A stretch of DNA of 58,868 bases, the filler included, from Dugesia japonica (taxonomy: Eukaryota): assembly GCA_001938525.1 (NCBI GenBank). It is 6 parts of 6 records of this genome, joined end to end, with 100 filler letters (N's around TTAATTAATTAA, not from the genome) between each part and the next. Parts side by side here need not be neighbours in the genome. Positions count along the whole stretch, not along the records: positions 50,056 to 58,868 come from MQRL01636510.1; 5 more parts are not named here. One strand, given 5' to 3'. Below are positions 50,202 to 58,868 of this stretch, piece by piece. A program made the translations under genes and the position numbers. Each line of letters begins with the position of its first letter. The first letter of the stretch is position 1. The notes beneath the pieces are model-generated. The model made no database searches and was not told the DNA's origin. It saw only the letters and a program-made list of their open reading frames with translations.

Positions 50202-53200
50202 ATGCTGTGTAATAATTGTAATAAAACATTTAAAAGAGAAAATGATTTACAGTCACATTTAAATTTAACTAGTTGTGGAAACAATGAAATTTTCCCATTA
50301 ATATGTGAAATTTGTGATAAAAAATTTTTTAAACAAAATCATGCTAGAACTCATTTTAATTCTTTAAGTCACAAACAAAAAGTTAATAAATTTAATTATG
50401 ATCAACTTCCAGGTGAAGAAGCAATTGATTATGATCCAGAAATTAGAGATGCATTAAGAATGTATAAAAAACATGAAATAACTTACTATTTAAATTCTAA
50501 AGTGGAAATGTTTTATGATGTTTATGAAATACATGATTTTGAAATTAGAATGATTAATGTATTTAAAAATGAAATAAGACAAATTGTTATGAAATATTTT
50601 AAATTTGTAAAACAGGCTATTATAAGTATGGTAGTAAAATGTAGATATTCAAAAGAAGATTCCGAAAGAGATTTATATTCATCTTCATTTATTAAAATAA
50701 TTTTAATTAAATCTGAAATTAATACCGCTGTCAATGAAATATTTAATGATTTAAATAAACATATTTAAGATAAAGATCTTGAAGGATCTGGTTGATCAAT
50801 GATGTATATTGTTGACTATACATTATATTTAAATAAATTTCAAGCAAAAGCTGGAGCAACATATATTAAATTACCATTTAAAATAAAGGGTGTAATTAAC
50901 ATAGAAAATAAAGATAATAAATGTTTTCTATATTCAATTCTAGCACATAAACATATACTTGAAAATCCAACACGTGTTTCTAATTACATTCCATATTTAG
51001 AAGAATTAAAATCTGATTTTAATTTTCCAATGAACATCGGCGATATACATAAATTCGAGAAATTAAATAATTATAAAATAAATGCTTTCGGTGTGAATGC
51101 TTCTAAAAAACTTGAACCATTATACATTTCACATCATTTATCAAAACCTTCAATAGAAGAAAATAAATGCAATTTATTAATTTATAAAGATCATTATGTT
51201 CTATGTCGAGATCTAACTGTATTTTTTACAAGAAACAAAAATAAAAATTATCTATGCATACGATGCATGAATTGTTATTCCAATGAACCGCTTTTAATAA
51301 AACATCAAGAACCCTGTATTAATCACAGACCAAATAACATTGTATTTGAATATAAAGATTATTATTTCTTTAATAAATTTTACATGAAAAATAAATTACC
51401 TTTCATATTAATAGGTGATTTTGAAGCATATACAAATTCAAAGAAAAAACAAAAAGCATTAAGTTTAGGAATTTATCTTCACAGTGAACACCAACATCTC
51501 CTAGAATCTAAATATTATTGTTTCTTAGGTGAAAATATTTATTCAGAATTCTTTAATTTTTTAGAAGACATTTCTAATAAATTATAAGAAATAAAAGAAA
51601 AAAAATAATAAAAAAATTGTCCGAAGGCACATATCCAGAATTCACAAATCAAAAATGTTATTATTGTAACAGAGAAATAAAAGAGAATCCAGTTATAGAT
51701 CATAACCATTTCACAAATGAATTCCGTGGTTATTCACATGCAAAATGTAATTTATATGATTTTAGTGTAAAGAATCTATTTGCCGCATTTTACTTTCATA
51801 ACGCATCCGGCTATGATAATCATTTATTTTTTCGAGAACTACTAACAAGATTTCCAGGAAAAGTAAAAAAGATAATTCCACATTCTTCAGATAATTATAT
51901 TTCATTTCAATTTCAAAATGTTAAATTCCTAGATTCAGCAAGACTATTACCATTCACATCCATAGAAACTATGGGTAATTTATTAAAATCTTCTAATAAA
52001 TATCCGATTCTAAAATCTTTCAATTTTAAACCTAAAAAAGTCGCATTTCTATATGAATTTATAAAAGGTGAAAATCCTCAAGAAGTTGAAACATTATTAA
52101 AATCCAAGAGAACACCAGAGAAAAAAGATTTCTTTAATACTCTAACTCAAAAAGAAATATCAGATGAAGATTATCAAATATTTTTTAATGACTTCGAAGA
52201 ACATGAAATTCTCTGGGATTACATGCTACACTACATGAAACTTGATGTTCTAATTCTAACTGACTTCCTTGAAAATTTTCGTAATTCATGTTTAAATAAT
52301 CTTCTTCAACTAGATCCTTGTTATTCATATTCTGCACCAGGATATTCATGGNNNNNNNNNNNNNNNNNNNNNNNNNNNNNNNNNNNNNNNNNNNNNNNNN
52401 NAAAACCTATGATCTTTTCTTAACAATTGAATCTGGAATCCGAGGTGGCTATTCAGGTGTTCTAGGTGAACGCCAAGTATTTTCAAATAATCAATCAAAT
52501 CCTATATTTGGCAATAACAGACGATTAAATAAAACACAAGTCGGTGAGATATTATATTCATTAATAAAAAATAAAATTCCACCAGTAGATTGGAAAGAAG
52601 AAACATTTATAAAATATATAGATGAAAATTCTCTTTATGCATCATGCATGACCAGACCATTACCAACAGGTGAACTCCACGAGTGTAAAAATCTAGATTA
52701 TGAAATCTCAGATGATAATATGAATTTTATATATGAAGTTGACCTTGAATATCCTAAAGAGATCCATGATAAAACTAAATATTTTCCATTAGCACCAGAG
52801 AAAATAAATATTACACAAGAGATGTTAGGTCCTTATCAAAAATCATTTAATAGAAAACTATCAAAAGATAATATTAAACTAACATTAAATCAATTCGATA
52901 AAAAAAATTATGTATGTCTCGGATCAACTTTAGATCTATATTTAAAACTTGGAATGAAACTTACAAAAATTCACAAGAAAATTAAAATGAAAACATCTAC
53001 ATGGTTTAAAGATTATGTTCATAAATTAATATCCCTAAGAAAAGAATCTAAAAGAATTAAAGATGTATTTGGAGATGTCATTTACAAATTAATGTTAAAT
53101 GCTTTCTATGGAAAGACACTTGAAAATATTAGAAATCGATGTAACATAGAAATTGTTGATACTGACAAAGCATACCAAAGACTCGCTTCTAAACCAACAT

Positions 53201-54939
53201 TTAAATCATCTAAAATATTCTCAATAAATGATTCAAATGAAGCCACAGTTGCAGCAGTGCAAATGATAAAGAATAAATTAAAATATAATAAATTTCCATA
53301 TATTGGATTCACAATCCTTGAACATACAAAACAAGTTATGTATGATTTTATTTATTTCCAAATGCAACCTTTGATAAATGAAGATTATAAAATTCATTAC
53401 ACAGATAGTGTTACCCATGACACTCCGGTGATTCTAAGGAAAGATAATAAAGTTGAAATAAAAAAGATTTCAGAAATATCAACATGTTATGAGAAAAATA
53501 TTAATGATGACAAATATTATTCTTATCCAGAAAATTATGAAATATGGACAAAATGTAACTGGGTAAAATTAAAAAAAGTAATTAAACATTCTACAATTAA
53601 AAAGATTTATAGAGTTAGAACTAAATTAGGAATTGTTGATGTTACAGAAGATCATTCATTATTAAATGATAAATCTATAGAAATTAAACCAACAGATTTA
53701 ACNNNNNNNNNNNNNNNNNNNNNNNNNNNNNNNNNNNNNNNNNNNNNNNNNNNNNNNNNNNNNNNNNNNNNNNNNNNNNNNNNNNNNNNNNNNNNNNNNN
53801 NNNNNNNNNNNNNNNNNNNNNNNNNNNNNNNNNNNNNNNNNNNNNNNNNNNNNNNNNNNNNNNNNNNNNNNNNNNNNNNNNNNNNNNNNNNNNNNNNNNN
53901 NNNNNNNNNNNNNNNNNNNNNNNNNNNNNNNNNNNNNNNNNNNNNATGAAGAAGTTTATAATAAAGAATCAATGATTTATGATACAATGAAATCTTCACA
54001 TGTTTATAAACTTAATTTACAAAATCCAATAAATCATGTAAAATATTATTCTAAACATTATTACAATGAATTTGAAAGAACTAAGAAAATTCCAGGTTAT
54101 ATTTTAAATGCATCATTCGACATTAGATATTGATTCTTTACAGGATTTTATGCGGCAGATGGTAATAAAACATTTAATGGTAAAAGTAGTTATAAAACAA
54201 TTGGTTTTACACAAAAAGGAAAAGAATGTTTTACACAGTTATATAATTTAGCAACATCTTTAGGAATTAATTTAGTTGTTTCAGAAAGAAAAGATAAACC
54301 AAATTGTTTCAGTGCAAAGCAAACAAAATCAGAAATTGAAACTAATGTTCAAACAGTTAGATTTTTAAGAGAAAATCTAGAAGATGTATATGATATTGAA
54401 ACTGAAGATGGAACATTTAACTGTGGATTTCCATTGATAATAAAAAATACGGACTGTATCTTTGTTGAAATTAAAAAAAGAGATAATCTTTTAAAATTAG
54501 AAAGCCTACTTGGAGATAATTTATTTCAAATGAAAGATGAAAAACCTAATTCTGAAATAACACAAGCTAATTTTATAAAAGCAAAATCATATCCTTATTC
54601 ATATACAAACGAAGTGACCCATAATGCAGGATATGATTCTAGAAATAAAGGTGTCAAGAAAAATAATAAATTATTAATGTCAGATTTTGATTCAGTATAA
54701 AAGATCCAAAGAAAATAATTTATGGAACAAATTATACATTAAAATCAGAAAATCATGAAATTGAAATAAAAGAACAAAAGAAAATAGCTCTAATGGCATT
54801 TGATGATAAAAGAATAATCGAAGATGTTGGTGTTAAAACATGGCCTCATGGAAATCAATATCTCTGTAATTGTGGACAATGGCATTTAAGATTAGATAAA
54901 ATCAATCACTTGTTAAATTGAACTTGTTTCCCTCGTTAG
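50202..54939 (+). pseudogene. polB: Polinton/adintovirus-type pPolB, intein-containing, lightly decayed
   Basis: Two zinc fingers; NKDNKCF..DHY; GDFEA; DHNHFTNEFRG; GIRGG; YIDENSLYAS; KLMLNAFYGK; YTD|intein|TDCIF; KGVKK; FDDKR; a few stops and a frameshift. Confidence 0.96.
53407..54448 (+). mobile_element. Intein (about 347 aa) with LAGLIDADG homing endonuclease in pPolB motif C
   Basis: SVTHDTP (A), VDVTEDHSLL (B), block C inside the N gap, KKIPGYILN (D), FFTGFYAADG (E), QLYNLATSLG (H), VYDIETEDGTF (F), IIKN/T (G). Confidence 0.95.
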
Positions 54940-54945
54940 TCTAAA

Positions 54946-55602
54946 ATGTTAATAGAAGAAATGCCAGAAGCAACAGAAGAAGAATTAATTAAAATTATAA
55001 ATTCTAAAAAATGTAAATCTGTGAAGATCAATAGTAAAAATTATTATATTTCTAAAAAAGTTAAAGATGAATTAAAAAAGAAATCTCATGTTGGTGGTTT
55101 TGCATTTCTAGCTGCAATACCAGCAATAATAGCAGGATTAGCAGGAGCAACAGGAATTGCATCTAATATTGCAGGTACAGTTTCAAATTCTAGAGATGCC
55201 ATTAAAAAACAAAAAGAAGCTGAATTAATTGATTTACAAAAACAAAGAATCATAAGCGAACAAACAACTCCAACTCCAACAACTACAAGCGAAGCCAACA
55301 AACAAAGTGCACAAATAACTACAGGATCAGGAGTTAAGAAACATAAAAAATCACATGGCAGTGGTATTTTTTTAAATCCATATCAAGGCACTGCAATACA
55401 TAAATATTTAAAAAAAATTGATCCTAAATTTAAAGTTTTAACTAAAAAATTTAAAAAAGGAACACACATAATTCAACATGGAAAAGGTATTTATTTAAAT
55501 CCATATAATAAACCACTAGGGCAACAAAGTGGAAAAGAAATTGCAGAAACTGAAACTGAAGATGATGAAACTGAAACTGAAACTGAAGATGAACAATATT
55601 AA
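54946..55602 (+). CDS. Putative virion core / membrane-lytic precursor, 218 aa
   Basis: VGG|FAFLAAIPAIIAGLAG; repeated GSGIFLNPY / GKGIYLNPY; acidic tail. Confidence 0.7.
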   Translation: MLIEEMPEATEEELIKIINSKKCKSVKINSKNYYISKKVKDELKKKSHVGGFAFLAAIPAIIAGLAGATGIASNIAGTVSNSRDAIKKQKEAELIDLQKQRIISEQTTPTPTTTSEANKQSAQITTGSGVKKHKKSHGSGIFLNPYQGTAIHKYLKKIDPKFKVLTKKFKKGTHIIQHGKGIYLNPYNKPLGQQSGKEIAETETEDDETETETEDEQY

Positions 55603-55620
55603 ATCTTTACAAAAGAGCTA

Positions 55621-57024
55621 ATGGTTGAAAAAAGAATTAAAGAATTAAAAGCTCTAATTAATTCACAAGAACAATATAATAATTATTTTTGTACTAAAGT
55701 TCTTGATTATAATACTTTACAATCTAACTTATCCACTTTACAAAGCCCAACTATCTCCGCAATTGAAAAACTTGGAATAAAACAAGAAACTAAACCAGAA
55801 ATTAGAGATATAACAAAATTCTTTTTAAATGAAAAAGTAATACCATTTATTCCAGAATATTCAATTGATAATGTTAATGCAACTGGGAAATTAACTCAAA
55901 CAATTATTCCAAAATTTTCTAAATTAGATATTATAGCAACTGATAAAATTAAAAGTTTTTTAGAAATAACTTTAAAAGAAAATAAAATTCATTTATTTGA
56001 AGAAGAAGGAAATAAAAGTTTCTTATTTAAATCTGAAGTTATACCATACTCCGATGGAATATTTAGAACTATCTTAGGCAATTTAGATGGTGCAGAAACA
56101 CCTGTAGATATAGAGACTTATTTAAAATTTATATCACCAGCTCCTACTAATAGTGATTATGTTACTAAATTAAAGAAAAAATTTAAAAAAGTAGATTTAC
56201 CCAAAAACCACACGGGCAACAAACCAAAAAGAAAGAAACAAGAAAAGGGAAAAATATCTAAACTACAACCAAAATCTGAACCAGATCTCAATAAATCTGA
56301 TTTTGAATCAGAAGAAGAAAAAACCACAAGGGCAGAAAGATCCATAGAGACCATAAAGGAAGGAATAAACCACGAGGCTATAAAGGCCATAAGCGAAGAA
56401 AAACCACAACAACCACAAGGGCAACAAGGGCATGAAATATCAGAAATATTTAAGAAAGATAATATACAACCAATTTTAAAAATTGATGATTTTAAATTAG
56501 AAGAAACATTAACAGAATTAACAAAACCAGAAATTTATTATACAACTGTTAATAATAAAGATTTCTTGACAATAAAATTTCCTAAAAATGATAAAGAGAT
56601 ATTTTTTTATAAAAGGAATGATTCTAGTTATGTTTCTGAAGCAATAAAAACCAATTCATTTAATAATATTTTAATAGATATAATTTCAGGTAATAAAGAA
56701 ACAATAAAAACAATGACCTTAGGGGAAGCAAAATATATTTCATTATATTTAGATTTTGTAAAAGCAACTGAAGATGATACATATTGCAATTATTTAAGAA
56801 ATATAAAAAAGAAATTAGGTGGATCCATAAAAAACCATAAAGACCATAAAGGCAAAAATCCAATTGCATTATTTGAAAAGTTAACATTGTTAATTTCAGC
56901 TGTAAAATCTGGACGTAATAATTTATCTTCTGAAATTAAATCTCTATGTAAACAATTAAAATCTAAAGGTTTATTATCTGATATTATTTATAAAAAATAT
57001 AAAACTAAATATTTTACATCTTAA
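55621..57024 (+). CDS. Conserved Polinton-like hypothetical protein, 467 aa
   Basis: Intact ORF; C-terminal NP..L.EKL.LLI.A.KSG.N....EI..L...GLL motif of the kind seen in Polinton proteins. Confidence 0.8.
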   Translation: MVEKRIKELKALINSQEQYNNYFCTKVLDYNTLQSNLSTLQSPTISAIEKLGIKQETKPEIRDITKFFLNEKVIPFIPEYSIDNVNATGKLTQTIIPKFSKLDIIATDKIKSFLEITLKENKIHLFEEEGNKSFLFKSEVIPYSDGIFRTILGNLDGAETPVDIETYLKFISPAPTNSDYVTKLKKKFKKVDLPKNHTGNKPKRKKQEKGKISKLQPKSEPDLNKSDFESEEEKTTRAERSIETIKEGINHEAIKAISEEKPQQPQGQQGHEISEIFKKDNIQPILKIDDFKLEETLTELTKPEIYYTTVNNKDFLTIKFPKNDKEIFFYKRNDSSYVSEAIKTNSFNNILIDIISGNKETIKTMTLGEAKYISLYLDFVKATEDDTYCNYLRNIKKKLGGSIKNHKDHKGKNPIALFEKLTLLISAVKSGRNNLSSEIKSLCKQLKSKGLLSDIIYKKYKTKYFTS

Positions 57025-57073
57025 CAAAATAGCATAAAAAACCATAAAGGAAAAACCATAAAGGAAGAAAGAA

Positions 57074-57753
57074 ATGTCTCATCAATTCTTAGTAGTTGGA
57101 ACAGAACAAGATTTAAAANNNNNNNNNNNNNNNNNNNNNNNNNNNNNNNNNGAATATGAACTTGGATTGTTATATTTTTCATGTTACAATATTATTTTTA
57201 ATATTACAAAATTAAATAATAAATTTAAAATCGACAATAAATCTCAAACACTAGAACCAGGATCTTATGAAGTAAAAGAAATGTCAAATCGATTAGAAAA
57301 ATATCTAGAAATTACACCTGACACTGCAACATCTAAATGTAATATTAAAATTTAAACTACAATAAGTTTTGATAACAAATCATTCTTACATGTGATCCTA
57401 GGATTTAAACCTGGAAAATATGAACCTGGAAATTATTATTCTTCTGAAAAATTATTATTATAAATTCTAACGCGATAAATGTGACATGTAACATTAAAGG
57501 TAACGTTAAAGGTAATTATGTCACCAACAATCGTGACACTAATAATATTAATTTATTATATTCATTTCCAATAAATACAGTTCCATTTGGATTTAAAATA
57601 GTAGAAAGACCATCTCCAGCTATTTATTCTAAAATTAACACAGATTACATTGATGGTTTTAAATTTAACATAGTAGATGAAAACTTTAACACTATAGATT
57701 TTAACCAAGAAACAATTACAATTTTAGCTCATCTAAGAAAATATCGACTTTAA
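57074..57753 (+). pseudogene. Minor capsid protein (penton)
   Basis: EYELGL..F.CYN.IFNI, LEPGSYEV, INTVPFGFKIVERP, VDENFNTIDFNQETITI.AHLRK; stop at 57353. Confidence 0.85.
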
Positions 57754-57769
57754 ACGTCACGCGTGACGT
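57754..57769. other. Perfect 16-bp palindrome ACGTCACGCGTGACGT directly after the penton stop
   Basis: Self-complementary; degenerate counterpart at 6945-6958. Confidence 0.6.
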
Positions 57770-57785
57770 ATTTATTATTTAAGAA

Positions 57786-58187
57786 ATGGAATGTAGTGAC
57801 CAAAACCATAAAGGCCATAAAGGCAGAAGGAAATGGAATTTATTAGATTTTTTAAAAACATTTGGAATCAACACAACAACAAATTTTGATTTATATTCAA
57901 TTGCTGACTTTTTAGAACTACCACTTGAGATTTATATGAAAAATGAGAAATTTACACTGACAAATTCAAAGAATTATATTTTTAATTATCAAAATTCAAA
58001 TCAAAATGGAAAACATTGGGTTGCTTATTCTAAAGGTTATTACTTTGATTCTTTTGGTTTAAAACCTTTAAAAGAAATCTCAAGTGTAAAAGTTTATAAT
58101 GAAATTCAAGTGCAACATTTTAACACTGAAATATGTGGAATCTTATGTATTTATTTTTTATATAAAATTCAAGAAGAGCGATTTTAA
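57786..58187 (+). CDS. Adenain/Ulp1-like cysteine maturation protease
   Basis: NGKHWVAY, YFDSFG, QVQ, ICGILC: catalytic His-Asp-Cys intact. Confidence 0.92.
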   Translation: MECSDQNHKGHKGRRKWNLLDFLKTFGINTTTNFDLYSIADFLELPLEIYMKNEKFTLTNSKNYIFNYQNSNQNGKHWVAYSKGYYFDSFGLKPLKEISSVKVYNEIQVQHFNTEICGILCIYFLYKIQEERF

Positions 58188-58248
58188 AATATTATATCTG
58201 AAATGAAGTCACTTTATGTTCTCGTTGAATCTTTATATAAAGAAATAG

Positions 58249-58868
58249 ATGAATAAGTTTGGTGCTACTGCTGATTCTGGAAATTCAACAGAAATATTAA
58301 AAAATGTTAATGCTAAAATTAGAACTTCAGAAGCTCAAAATGAAAATAAATATGTAAATGAAACAGGTGATACAATTACTTGTCTAAAAATAAAAGATGA
58401 TCCCAAGGATCTTCAAGATGCAGTTTATTTGAAATATATTAAGTCTCTTGAAGAAAAATTACAGAAACATGAAATAATATTCAGTAGATTATTAAAAGTT
58501 GATAGTTTTACAGCTAACAAATTATATTTAGAATCTAAAATCAATGAATTAAAAACTTTGAATGTCGATGTTAAAAAATTAAATGTTGACATTCAAAAAT
58601 TAACAAAATCTTGTAACCAAGAAACATTTGACAAAATAAATACTGATATTAAATTAATAAGACAAGAACTATTTCCATATAAAAAAAGTAATTTATTACT
58701 TAAATTAAAAGAAATAAATAATGAAGAATTAAATATTAAAATAAATAAATTAAATTATAATTTAGATAAGAAAACTTTTGATATTTATATAAACCATTTA
58801 ATTTTATTTAAAGAGTATGAAAAGATAAAACCAAAACTACATATAAGTTTTATTAATAGATTTAACAT
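58249..58868 (+). CDS. Putative fibre-like / coiled-coil protein (runs off the window)
   Basis: MNKFG...KYVNETGDT..DPKDLQDAVYLKY; homolog of 7474. Confidence 0.6.
   Translation, partial: MNKFGATADSGNSTEILKNVNAKIRTSEAQNENKYVNETGDTITCLKIKDDPKDLQDAVYLKYIKSLEEKLQKHEIIFSRLLKVDSFTANKLYLESKINELKTLNVDVKKLNVDIQKLTKSCNQETFDKINTDIKLIRQELFPYKKSNLLLKLKEINNEELNIKINKLNYNLDKKTFDIYINHLILFKEYEKIKPKLHISFINRFN

Noticed and set aside
50202-54939. Alternative genetic code or readthrough explaining in-frame stops
   Set aside because: Stops replace different residues (Trp, Glu, Cys, Leu), differ between copies, TGG is used for Trp, and frameshifts co-occur: ordinary decay

Overview
Very AT-rich eukaryotic (probably animal) draft-assembly sequence. 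It is not one locus: six scaffolds of about 9-11 kb (1-10706, 10807-20092, 20193-30040, 30141-40167, 40268-49955, 50056-58868) are joined by artificial 100-nt N44-TTAATTAATTAA-N44 linkers. Every scaffold holds decayed endogenous Polinton/Maverick (adintovirus-like) genes: protein-primed family B DNA polymerase (pPolB), penton, adenain-like protease, major capsid protein, rve integrase or packaging ATPase. These are mixed with Gypsy, Tigger/pogo, hAT and Penelope relics and solo LTRs. The main discovery is a family of syntenic Polinton-like viruses (scaffolds 1 and 6) whose pPolB carries an intein of about 347 aa with a LAGLIDADG homing endonuclease inside catalytic motif C (YTD|S...KN|TD). From my recollection of that sequence, the intein closely resembles the Mimivirus PolB intein. 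The window also holds a copy with an in-frame deletion of half the endonuclease, an intein-free allele, a rearrangement breakpoint 6 nt from the homing site, and higher intein than extein identity between copies. Together these point to intein homing in a Polinton-like virus population, possibly seeded from a giant virus. All motif calls are by eye; no database search was run.
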